A DNA stretch of 17,122 bases from an uncultured Eubacteriales bacterium (lineage in GTDB: Bacteria; Bacillota; Clostridia; TANB77; RGIG9151): assembly GCA_964475435.1 (NCBI GenBank), contig CAYYWT010000023.1:1-17122 (forward strand). Direction: 5' to 3'. A program made the position numbers and the translations under genes. The notes below the pieces were generated by a model, which was not told where the DNA came from, did no database searches, and saw nothing but the letters and a program-made list of their open reading frames with translations. Shown here in pieces: positions 7,444 to 15,544 of this stretch (the first letter of the stretch is position 1; each line of letters starts with the position of its first letter).

Positions 7444-8670
7444 CTACCCCGCTTTTTCCAACATGTTTTCTATAAAAATTCCATACCCTCTCGTCGGATC
7501 ATTTATTAAAACATGCGTCACAGCTCCAATAATTTTGCCATTTTGAATAATAGGACTTCCACTCATTCCTTGGACAATCCCTCCTGTTTTTTCCAAAAGT
7601 CTTTTATCTGTAACTCTAATTACCATATCCTTCCTATCTATTTCATTATTATAATTTACTTTTTCAATCTTTATATCATATTCCTCACAATCATTTCCGG
7701 ACACTGTGCATAAAATTTTAGCATCTCCTGTTGTAACCTCATTTTTTAGAGAAACCTCATATTGATTATCACTAATATCAACATTTCCGCTCAAATAACC
7801 AAAAATACCACAATTAGTATTTTGAGTAACGGTTCCATAAACTTTTCCTTCTCTCATAGCCCCTCTAATCTCTCCGGGTGTTCCTTTTTTACCTTTATTA
7901 ACAGACAAAACAACCGCTTCATAAGCTTTCCCGCCTGTAATTTTAAGTAAATTACTCTCATCAATATCATTTATGCCGTGACCCAAAGCTCCAAATTCTC
8001 CATTTTGAGGGTTAATATAAGTAACAGTTCCAACACCTGACGTAATATTTTTAACCCAAATTCCAAGCTTGTATTTTCCATCATTTCTATCAATTTTTGC
8101 ATAAAAATTTTCTGTAAATCTAATATCATTTCTCATAATCTCAAGTGTAATTTTTTCATCCTTTATCTCTTGTATTTCATTTATAAACTCATCAACACTC
8201 TCTATATCTTTACCGTTTATGCTTAAAATCATATCACCTCGCTGAATATTTTTCCCTTCATAAGGCTTTACCTTACTATAATCTCTACCTGTAAAACTTT
8301 CAAAAGAAACAACGGTAAGACCCGGAGTATTAAGCTTTATTCCGATAACATTTCCACCGGCAATAACAGTATTTGCAGAAATAACATTTATATCAACCGT
8401 CTTTAGCGGAATAAAACCAAACAAAGAAAGCTTTACATTCTCTTTTCCGACATTAGACGAAATAAGTTTATTGTTAATAGTCTTTACACTACACTCCGCA
8501 TCCAAAGATAAAGTAACAAAATTATGAAATGGGTAAGACATTTCTTTACCTTCAATCATAGTAATCTTATCCGGAATTACAGAATAAATAGTAACATATA
8601 AGTACAAAAGAACCAAAAATGTAATAACACATATCCTAAAAAATTTATTATTTTTCAAATTGCTCTTCAA
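7444..8670 (-). CDS. spoIVB: Stage IV sporulation protein B (SpoIVB, S55 serine peptidase with PDZ domain)
   Basis: The 408-aa protein has an N-terminal membrane anchor, a PDZ-like region (GDMILSINGKDI) and a C-terminal S55 peptidase region (GIVQGMSGSPIIQNGKIIGAVTHV). The start is a TTG at 8670, 9 nt after AGGGGG. Confidence 0.92.
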   Translation of the reverse strand: MKSNLKNNKFFRICVITFLVLLYLYVTIYSVIPDKITMIEGKEMSYPFHNFVTLSLDAECSVKTINNKLISSNVGKENVKLSLFGFIPLKTVDINVISANTVIAGGNVIGIKLNTPGLTVVSFESFTGRDYSKVKPYEGKNIQRGDMILSINGKDIESVDEFINEIQEIKDEKITLEIMRNDIRFTENFYAKIDRNDGKYKLGIWVKNITSGVGTVTYINPQNGEFGALGHGINDIDESNLLKITGGKAYEAVVLSVNKGKKGTPGEIRGAMREGKVYGTVTQNTNCGIFGYLSGNVDISDNQYEVSLKNEVTTGDAKILCTVSGNDCEEYDIKIEKVNYNNEIDRKDMVIRVTDKRLLEKTGGIVQGMSGSPIIQNGKIIGAVTHVLINDPTRGYGIFIENMLEKAG

Positions 8671-8685
8671 TTTAATCTGCCCCCT

Positions 8686-8729
8686 AAAATAAAAAACTCT
8701 TCCGGATTATTATCTCCAAAAGAGTTTTT
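8686..8729 (-). terminator. Rho-independent terminator after the flavoprotein gene
   Basis: On the minus strand, AAAAACUCUUUUGGA pairs with UCCGGAAGAGUUUUU (with two U-G pairs) around a GAUAAUAA loop, followed by UAUUUU. It begins 14 nt after the stop at 8743. Confidence 0.7.
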
Positions 8730-8742
8730 ATTTAGTCAATTA

Positions 8743-9981
8743 TTAAATATTATTTCCTGCCAAAAATGCCGTAGAAAATGCAATTTGTAAATTAAAGCCA
8801 CCGGTATACGCATCAACATCAATAACTTCACCGCAAAAGTACAAGCCACTGACAATTTTAGACTCCATTGTAGACGGATTAATCTCATCAGTACAAATAC
8901 CACCTGAAGTAATAATAGCCTCATCAATAGGTCTTAATTCATTTATTTCCAACTCTAACCCTTTTAACACATCTACAATTTTCTTCCTTTCCTCAGCAGT
9001 TATTACATTTACTTTCTTCTTTTCATCAACTCCGGAAAGAGAAATTACAACAGGAATTAATTTTTCAGGCAACAAATCATATAAAGCATTCTTTAATTCC
9101 TTATTTATATATTTTTGGAAATCTCTTTGAACTCTTAAATCAAGTTTTTTAAAGTCAAGTGCAGGTTTTAAATCAATTTTCGCCTTTATTCCTAAAACTT
9201 TTCTATTTTCATCCATATACTTATGAAGAACTCGGCTACCACTAAGTACAATAGGTCCTGAAACTCCAAAATGAGTAAACAACATTTCGCCGAATTCGGA
9301 ATATACCTCTTTACCTCTAGAATCAACTAAACTAAACTGAACATTTTTAAGAGATAATCCTTGTAGTTCCTTTATCCAATTAGTCTTAGATATTAACCCT
9401 ACTAGCGAAGGCTTAGGACGTATTATCTTATGTCCTAATTTATTCGCCATCTCATATCCGTCACCCGTAGAACCTGTCGCCGGATAGCTCTTTCCGCCGG
9501 TAGCCAAAATAACTTTATCACATTTTATAACTTCTCCGTTATTTAATTTAACACCGGTGACTTTATTATCTTCCGTTAAAATCTCTTCAGCAACGGTATT
9601 ATAGCGGATTTTCGCATTATTATCATTAACAAACTTATTTAACGCATTTACAACGTCTTTAGCAGAATCTGAAACCGGAAAAACTCTACCGCCACGCTCA
9701 ACTTTAGTTTTTATGCCTAACTTATTAAAAAAGCTAATAGAATCCTCATTCGTAAAAGAATAAAACGCACTGTATAAAAATCTTCCGTTTCCCGGAGTAT
9801 TCTCGATAAACTCACTAATATCCGCACTATTAGTAATATTGCATCTTCCTTTTCCTGTAATAGCAAGTTTACGTCCAACTCTATCATTTTTTTCTAAAAT
9901 TAAAACTTGATCATTCTTTCCGGCAAATCCACCCGCCATAAGTCCAGAAGCTCCACCACCGATAACAACAACTTTTTTCAT
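8743..9981 (-). CDS. HI0933/YhiN/BaiN-family NAD(P)/FAD-dependent oxidoreductase
   Basis: N-terminal Rossmann motif VVVIGGGASGLMAG followed by GKGRCNITN, typical of the HI0933-like flavoprotein family. The track start at 9984 is a TTG. The ATG at 9981 follows GGAGAAG with a good spacer. Confidence 0.88.
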   Translation of the reverse strand: MKKVVVIGGGASGLMAGGFAGKNDQVLILEKNDRVGRKLAITGKGRCNITNSADISEFIENTPGNGRFLYSAFYSFTNEDSISFFNKLGIKTKVERGGRVFPVSDSAKDVVNALNKFVNDNNAKIRYNTVAEEILTEDNKVTGVKLNNGEVIKCDKVILATGGKSYPATGSTGDGYEMANKLGHKIIRPKPSLVGLISKTNWIKELQGLSLKNVQFSLVDSRGKEVYSEFGEMLFTHFGVSGPIVLSGSRVLHKYMDENRKVLGIKAKIDLKPALDFKKLDLRVQRDFQKYINKELKNALYDLLPEKLIPVVISLSGVDEKKKVNVITAEERKKIVDVLKGLELEINELRPIDEAIITSGGICTDEINPSTMESKIVSGLYFCGEVIDVDAYTGGFNLQIAFSTAFLAGNNI

Positions 9982-10047
9982 CAAACTTCTCCTTTAATTA
10001 CTACATTTCTTACTAATTTTATCACACATTCTATTCTATTTCAATTA

Positions 10048-10698
10048 TTACTTAGCAAAGCAGTGCTTACCGATAGTTTTAACAATTGGTCTGCTCCATA
10101 TCCATTTACTAGTACTAGTTGACGGATTAAAAAAATATATACAGCCTCCCGTAGGATCCCAACCGCTTAAAGCATCTTGAGCAGCTTTTATCGCAGTTGA
10201 CGTAGGTTCCATATTAATTTGACCGTCCTTTACAGAATCAAACGCACCGGATTGATAAATAACTCCGGATATAGTATTAGGAAATTGACTACTACTTACT
10301 CTATTTAAAATAACTGCTCCAACCGCAACTTGACCTTCATACGGCTCTCCTCTCGCCTCTCCGCTTATGGCTCGTGCAAGTAAATTTACATTATTATTTG
10401 CTGTACTTTTACCCGTAGAAATTCCTAAAGCCTCTAACGTCTTTGTTCCGGCTATCCCATCGACTGTCAATCCATTCTTAGATTGAAACCTTCTAACAGC
10501 TTGATAAGTCTTATTTCCATAACTTCCATCAATAGAACCATCATAATATCCCCATTGCTTTAATTTCGTTTGAATTTGAATTACCTCGTCCCCGTTTGAC
10601 CCCCAATAAGAAATAGTCTTAACATCAACTTTTTTCATCAAATTAGTTCCTATAAAAAAATAAGTAAAAATAACCAGTAACGCAATTTTTTGTCTCAT
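10048..10698 (-). CDS. sleB: Spore cortex-lytic enzyme SleB family (PG_binding_1 + Hydrolase_2 domains)
   Basis: Signal peptide, then a peptidoglycan-binding repeat (DGSYGNKTYQAVRRFQSKNGLTVDGIAGTKT). The C-terminus (GEARGEPYEGQVAVGAVILNRV ... GWDPTGG..YFFNP..SKWIW...IGKHCF) closely resembles B. subtilis SleB as I recall it. Confidence 0.88.
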   Translation of the reverse strand: MRQKIALLVIFTYFFIGTNLMKKVDVKTISYWGSNGDEVIQIQTKLKQWGYYDGSIDGSYGNKTYQAVRRFQSKNGLTVDGIAGTKTLEALGISTGKSTANNNVNLLARAISGEARGEPYEGQVAVGAVILNRVSSSQFPNTISGVIYQSGAFDSVKDGQINMEPTSTAIKAAQDALSGWDPTGGCIYFFNPSTSTSKWIWSRPIVKTIGKHCFAK

Positions 10699-10773
10699 AT
10701 TTTTCCTCCATAAATTTTTTTAGTTACTAGTTATTGTCTCTTTTATTTTCAAAAAAATACAATTTTCATCTAA

Positions 10774-13593
10774 TTAACCAAGTATTTTTTTCAAATACTC
10801 TCCCGTACCGGATTTCTTAACTTTAGCAACCTCCTCCGGAGTTCCTTTTGCAATTACTTGTCCACCTCTTATTCCTCCGTTAGGACCCAAATCAATAATA
10901 TAATCAGCAGTCTTAATTACATCTAAATTATGCTCAATAACAACAACCGTATTTCCGGCATCAGTTAATCTTTGTAATATGCTAATTAGCTTATCTACAT
11001 CCGCCATATGAAGTCCGGTAGTCGGTTCATCTAAAATATACATAGTCTTTCCGGTACTTCTCTTACTTAACTCAGTCGCAAGTTTTATTCTTTGAGCCTC
11101 ACCTCCCGATAATGTTGTAGAAGGCTGACCAAGTTTTATATATCCAAGCCCTACATCATATAATGTTTTTACCTTATTATAAATAGAAGGAAGATTTTTA
11201 AAGAACTCTAGAGCTTCTTCAACAGTCATATCCAGTACCTCGTGAATATTCTTTCCTTTATACCTTACTTCCAGAGTTTCTCTATTATATCTTTTCCCCT
11301 TACAAACCTCGCACGGTACATAAACATCCGGTAAAAAATGCATCTCAATTTTTATAATTCCATCTCCGCTACAAGACTCACACCTTCCGCCACGAATATT
11401 AAAGCTAAATCTACCTTGGTTATACCCCCTCATCTTCGCTTCGTTAGTTTCAGCAAACAACTTTCTAATCAAATCAAACATACCGGTATATGTCGCAGGG
11501 TTAGAACGCGGAGTCCTACCAATCGGCGATTGGTCAATATTAATTATTTTATCTAAATTTTCATATCCTTTTATCTCTTTAACCTTACCAGGGACTAAAT
11601 TCGCATGATTTAACTTATTCGCTAATGTCTTATATAAAATCTCATTAACAAGCGAACTCTTTCCCGAACCGGATACTCCTGTAACACAGGTAAATACGCC
11701 AAGCGGAATATCTACATTTACTTTCTTTAAATTATTCTCTTGTGCTTCTACTATTTTTAAGAAATTCCCGTTTCCTTTTCTACGTTCTTTAGGCACTTCT
11801 ATTTTTAATCTTCCACTTAAATAAGCCCCTGTAATTGAACGCTCATTCGCCTTTATTTCTTCAACATTTCCTTGTGCTATTACTTCCCCGCCATGTATCC
11901 CAGCACCCGGTCCAATATCTATAATCTCATCTGCCGCATACATCGTATCCTCATCGTGTTCAACAACAATTAACGTATTTCCTAAATCTCTTAAATGTTT
12001 TAACGTAGCAATAAGCTTTTCATTATCCTTTTGATGAAGTCCAATACTCGGTTCATCCAAAATATATAAAACTCCTGTAAGACCTGAGCCGATTTGAGTC
12101 GCAAGTCGAATCCTTTGCGCCTCTCCACCGGATAACGTACCCGACGCTCTCGATAAAGTTAAATAGTCAAGTCCTACATCAATCAAAAATTGAATTCTGG
12201 CTTTTATTTCTTTTAAAATTTGATATGCAATTTTTTCTTCTTTCTTCGTCATTTCTAAATTTTCCATAAAGTCTTTTATTTGTAAAACAGACATACTGGT
12301 TAATTCGTAAATATTTTTATTATTAACAGTAACAGCCAACGTTTCCCTTTTTAGTCTCTTTCCTTCACATTCAGGGCAAACGCAATCAGTCATAAGCCCT
12401 TCATAGTACTCTTTCATAGTTTGTGAAGTCGTTTCCTTATATTTTCTCATAAGAGAATTAATAATCCCTTCAAAACTACTCATAAAAGACCCTTGACCAT
12501 AACGACGTTCATATTCTACTTTAATTTTCTCACCCTTGGTTCCATAAAGCAAAATATCCCTTATCTTTTTCGGCAATTCATCAAACGGCGTATCCATACT
12601 AAACTTATAATGCTCCGCCAAAGCTTTTATATACATAGTAGAATACCCTTCCTCATTTCCGGAATTCCAACCTCCGACCTTTATAACGCCCTCATTTAAG
12701 CTTTTATGCGGTTCTGTAATTACTTTTTCAGGATCAATTTCCAATAAACTTCCAAGGCCTAAACATTTAGGACACGCTCCAAAAGGACTATTAAAAGAAA
12801 ATTGACGAGGTTCTATTTCTTCAATACTAATACCGCAATCAGGGCAAGCATAATTTTGAGAAAAAAGCATTTCTTCAGCACCGTTTACATCAACCAAAAC
12901 CAAATTATTAGCCAAAGCACAAGCAGTTTCAACCGACTCAGCAATACGTTTTCCCGCGTCTTCTTTCATAATAATTCTATCTACAACAATTTCAATATTA
13001 TGTTTCTTTTGTTTATCTAACGTTATTTCTTCCTCTAAATCTATAACTTTTCCATCAACTCTAGCTCTTACATATCCGTTTTTTCTCGCATCTTCCAATA
13101 TTTTTACGTGCTCACCTTTTTTCCCTCTTATAACCGGAGCTAGAATTTGAATTTTGCTTCCTAAAGGAATAGTTAAAATATTATCCGTAATTTGATCAAC
13201 AGATTGTTTAGTAATCGGTTTTCCACAATTAGGGCAATGAGGATGACCAATTCGAGCATATAATAATCTTAAATAATCATAAATTTCCGTAACTGTTCCA
13301 ACCGTAGAACGCGGATTTTTACTTGTCGTCTTTTGATCAATAGAAATCGCCGGAGATAATCCTTCTATATATTCAACATCCGGTTTCTCCATAAGCCCTA
13401 AAAACTGTCTTGCGTAAGCAGACAAAGACTCAACATATCTTCTTTGCCCTTCTGCATATATTGTATCAAAAGCCAAAGAAGACTTACCCGAACCGCTAAG
13501 TCCGGTAATTACAACAAACTTATCTCTTGGAATTGTTACATCTATATTTTTTAAATTATTTTCTTTAGCACCTTTTATCTTTATATATTCCAT
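10774..13593 (-). CDS. uvrA: Excinuclease ABC subunit A (UvrA)
   Basis: The 939-aa protein has two ABC ATPase modules (GLSGSGKSS and GVSGSGKSS Walker A, LSGGEAQR signature twice). Zinc-finger CxxC pairs sit in the canonical UvrA positions. Confidence 0.98.
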   Translation of the reverse strand: MEYIKIKGAKENNLKNIDVTIPRDKFVVITGLSGSGKSSLAFDTIYAEGQRRYVESLSAYARQFLGLMEKPDVEYIEGLSPAISIDQKTTSKNPRSTVGTVTEIYDYLRLLYARIGHPHCPNCGKPITKQSVDQITDNILTIPLGSKIQILAPVIRGKKGEHVKILEDARKNGYVRARVDGKVIDLEEEITLDKQKKHNIEIVVDRIIMKEDAGKRIAESVETACALANNLVLVDVNGAEEMLFSQNYACPDCGISIEEIEPRQFSFNSPFGACPKCLGLGSLLEIDPEKVITEPHKSLNEGVIKVGGWNSGNEEGYSTMYIKALAEHYKFSMDTPFDELPKKIRDILLYGTKGEKIKVEYERRYGQGSFMSSFEGIINSLMRKYKETTSQTMKEYYEGLMTDCVCPECEGKRLKRETLAVTVNNKNIYELTSMSVLQIKDFMENLEMTKKEEKIAYQILKEIKARIQFLIDVGLDYLTLSRASGTLSGGEAQRIRLATQIGSGLTGVLYILDEPSIGLHQKDNEKLIATLKHLRDLGNTLIVVEHDEDTMYAADEIIDIGPGAGIHGGEVIAQGNVEEIKANERSITGAYLSGRLKIEVPKERRKGNGNFLKIVEAQENNLKKVNVDIPLGVFTCVTGVSGSGKSSLVNEILYKTLANKLNHANLVPGKVKEIKGYENLDKIINIDQSPIGRTPRSNPATYTGMFDLIRKLFAETNEAKMRGYNQGRFSFNIRGGRCESCSGDGIIKIEMHFLPDVYVPCEVCKGKRYNRETLEVRYKGKNIHEVLDMTVEEALEFFKNLPSIYNKVKTLYDVGLGYIKLGQPSTTLSGGEAQRIKLATELSKRSTGKTMYILDEPTTGLHMADVDKLISILQRLTDAGNTVVVIEHNLDVIKTADYIIDLGPNGGIRGGQVIAKGTPEEVAKVKKSGTGEYLKKILG

Positions 13594-13720
13594 AAAAATC
13601 TTCCTTTCATCTAATTATTGTACCATAAATTCGACAAAAGTTACTATATTTTTTAAAACTTTAATTTTTCATACTGAAGGTTTTACGAAAGATAATATCA
13701 TTAAAATTCCATATTTTTCT

Positions 13721-13726
13721 TATAAT
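13721..13726 (+). promoter_or_regulatory. Possible -10 element (TATAAT) for a plus-strand transcript entering the structured region
   Basis: There is a perfect TATAAT at 13721-13726, about 14 nt before the first hairpin (13740-13758). No good -35 lies at 17-nt spacing; TTAAAA is only 14 nt away. A second weak candidate is TCGACA (13631-13636), 17 nt, TAAAAC. Confidence 0.25.
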
Positions 13727-13734
13727 AATTAAAA

Positions 13735-14360
13735 AAAATATGCACATAATAAGTGCATAAGGGTTTGTGATAGTTGAGCCAAGAGGAATATGGGGCGCTA
13801 AAATCGCTTTATATTTTTCGGTCAAAGGTTTGTACGGGATTATGAAGTTCTATACAAGCCGGCGAGCAGACTGCTTTGGGTAGTGGCAGGTGCTGTCGTG
13901 GGATATCCTCATCACAGTATCGTAAATTATCTCCTGTGGTCGAGCTAAGAGTAGTATTAGTTCCGTAGGTCAATTTGATAAAGAGGGGGCATCCTCCCTC
14001 TTCATCAAAGCTCTTACTTATTTTAAGGGTTATGGCTAACGAGTAATTGCGGTAAGCATGATTGCTATTATTCGTACAGGTACTTTTACTAGTCGAGTAA
14101 AGGTTTGTTGTAGTGGTGTAATGTCAGGTATTAGATTAAAGTTTAATCTCTGATGTGTAACTGCTTAAACAGGCTGTAGCGTAGATTATCCCAAGCTCTT
14201 AGATTACATATTGTTACTATTCAGTCTACTTGTTTTAAAAAGATAATATCATTAGTTTAAAGAGCGAGTCGTACCGGTAAAAAATTCAAAATAAGAATTT
14301 AATCGAATTTTTTACCGAGGACATGTTTGAGCGGGAAAACTAATGATATTATCTTTTGAT
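13735..14360 (+). ncRNA. Candidate large (about 600 nt) structured non-coding RNA, class not recognised
   Basis: - No ORF of 60 aa or more lies in any frame across 13594-14391.
- By hand count, GC is 40% for 13761-14230 versus 18% for 13601-13740, and G exceeds C on the plus strand.
- Discrete hairpins: 13740-13758 (6 bp); 13912-13916 with 13934-13938; 13974-14009 (15 of 16 bp, CAUC loop); 14040-14074 (13 of 14 bp, 3 G-U); 14082-14104 (9 of 9 bp, 1 U-G); 14121-14156 (composite); 14238-14357 (21 bp perfect with a nested 13 bp perfect stem).
- The G-U wobbles become C-A mismatches on the minus strand, so I favour plus.
- The boundaries are approximate. Confidence 0.45.
14238..14357. repeat. 120-nt nested perfect palindrome (possible bidirectional terminator, or the 3' domain of the RNA)
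   Basis: AAAAGATAATATCATTAGTTT (14238-14258) is the exact reverse complement of 14337-14357. Inside it, CGGTAAAAAATTC (14275-14287) is the exact reverse complement of 14305-14317. On the minus strand a U5 run follows the outer stem, 35 nt after the amidase stop. On the plus strand the 3' arm ends in UUUU. Confidence 0.8.
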
Positions 14361-14391
14361 AAGTAATTAAGTCTGACCTGTAACTACATAT

Positions 14392-15417
14392 TTAAAAACT
14401 TTCTAAAATTCCTTGAGCAATAGACTTACCCGCTTTTTCTAAAAAAGCACTATCTTTTAATTTCGCTAAATCTCCTGAGTTAGTCATATATGCAACTTCA
14501 ACAATAACTGACGGCATCTTAGTATGATTTAGTACATATAAATTATTTCTATTTATAATTCCTTTGTTATATGTTCCCGCTAAACTCGAAACAGTATCTT
14601 GCAACTTAGTCGCTAAGCTATACGAGGAAATCCCGTTTTTAACAATTGTACTGGTAGGATATAAAACCTCAGTTCCGTTTATGCTCGATTTATTAGGCAT
14701 AGCATTATTATGCACACTCACAAACAAATCAGCATTTATACTATTAGCTAAATTAGCTCTTGATGCAAGACTGGTCGTAACATCAGTCGTACGTGTCATA
14801 TATACTTTTACACCTTGCTTTTCAAGTTCCTTTTGAACAACTTTAGCTATGGCTAAGTTAATATCTTTTTCATATATTCCGCCATATGTTGCTCCAACTT
14901 CTGTACCACCATGTCCGGCATCTATTACTATTTTTTTATTTAACGCATTAGGATATTTTGTTCTATTAGCATAACTTCTGCTAACTGTTTCAGCTCTTTG
15001 CTTTAATTCCTCATTATTTATTATAAAGTTCACAATTCCGCTATCTTCATGCCATTCCACCTCAGCATCAACGTAATCCGAAATAAATCTTAGCGGAATC
15101 ATAGTAGTATCATTTTTTAAAATTGCCGGAGCATCTAGCTCATAAGTCTCTCTATTTATTGTTACCTTTGTAGAATTAATCGGCAAAATCAATTCACTCT
15201 CATTATTTGTAACGGTAACAACAAAACTCTCGTCCCATTTTACATTACAACCGAAAATCTCGGCAATTACTCTCAACGGCACTAAAATCCTATCATTAAC
15301 AACAACAGGATCTTCCGGCATATTAAAAGTACCCCAATTAAGTCTTACTTCCATTGCTGATGCTCTAGATAAAATCAGTCCTAAAAATACAAGAAAACAT
15401 ATACAGAATTTCTTCAT
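14392..15417 (-). CDS. N-acetylmuramoyl-L-alanine amidase (Amidase_3) with N-terminal copper-amine-oxidase-like (stalk) domain
   Basis: Signal peptide, then a Cu_amine_oxidN1-like segment (VNDRILVPLRVIAEIFGCNVKWDE ... TMIPLRFISDYVDAEVEW). The C-terminal MurNAc-LAA core follows (IVIDAGHGGTEVGA ... LFVSVHNNA ... VIVEVAYMTN). Confidence 0.9.
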   Translation of the reverse strand: MKKFCICFLVFLGLILSRASAMEVRLNWGTFNMPEDPVVVNDRILVPLRVIAEIFGCNVKWDESFVVTVTNNESELILPINSTKVTINRETYELDAPAILKNDTTMIPLRFISDYVDAEVEWHEDSGIVNFIINNEELKQRAETVSRSYANRTKYPNALNKKIVIDAGHGGTEVGATYGGIYEKDINLAIAKVVQKELEKQGVKVYMTRTTDVTTSLASRANLANSINADLFVSVHNNAMPNKSSINGTEVLYPTSTIVKNGISSYSLATKLQDTVSSLAGTYNKGIINRNNLYVLNHTKMPSVIVEVAYMTNSGDLAKLKDSAFLEKAGKSIAQGILESF

Positions 15418-15544
15418 ATGTACTCCAACCCCTTATGAAAAGTTATTCTATATATGTTTTCTATTTTTTTATTTCATTGCCTTTATGTAAATCTTAGCAA
15501 CACAGGAAATCTTAACTTTTATTTCAATACTTAATTTTTATTCA

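Noticed and set aside
7301-7546. 81-aa plus-strand ORF starting at a GTG in the dpaB/spoIVB spacer
   Set aside because: The start is a GTG only 1 nt after a weak AGGA. The ORF runs into and overlaps the 3' end of spoIVB on the opposite strand. The sequence is low-complexity, and the ORF spans the tandem repeat, so the repeat explains much of its length.
8671-8742. SigA-like promoter for spoIVB (TTGACT ... GATAAT) overlapping the upstream terminator
   Set aside because: The spacer would be 19 nt, and the -10 falls in the terminator loop. spoIVB is expected to be forespore SigF/SigG-dependent, and I could not find a convincing SigF/G motif, so I made no promoter call.
13632-13643. Possible LexA (Cheo) box upstream of uvrA: CGACAAAAGTTA
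   Set aside because: It matches only about 5 of the 8 specified positions of GAAC-N4-GTTC. Both outer half-site positions are wrong, so it is too weak to call without a clade-specific matrix.
13842-13883. 13-codon ORF (MKFYTSRRADCFG) inside the structured block, plus two shorter ATG frames at 13790 and 14032
   Set aside because: There is no usable RBS spacing (GGGA is only 2 nt from the ATG). The frames are very short and lie within predicted helices.
13880-13890. GCCACU on the minus strand, resembling the cobalamin-riboswitch B12 box (GCCACUG)
   Set aside because: The motif is incomplete (GCCACUA). I could not see the other conserved cobalamin-riboswitch elements. The minus-strand downstream gene is uvrA, which has no B12 link, and the wobble pattern argues the RNA is on the plus strand.
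13898-13916. Hammerhead-like GUGAUGAGG on the minus strand, and CUGAUGU at 14150-14156 on the plus strand
   Set aside because: Each differs from the CUGANGA core at an essential position (C3, or A9 respectively). Neither has the matching GAAA and cleavage-site helices placed appropriately.
13735-14360. Identity as RNase P RNA, tmRNA, SRP/scRNA, 6S RNA, OLE RNA or an ORF-less group II intron
   Set aside because: - RNase P: no GAGGAAAGUCC or ACAGAA..GGCUUA P4 strands on either strand.
- tmRNA: no GGGG...UUCGA acceptor or T-arm ends, and no tag ORF.
- SRP: no GGAAGCAGC domain IV.
- 6S: the shape is multi-hairpin, not one long 6S-type helix.
- OLE: no oapA-type gene alongside.
- Group II intron: no GUGYG 5' end or recognisable domain V.

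These rejections are by eye only; a covariance-model scan is still needed.
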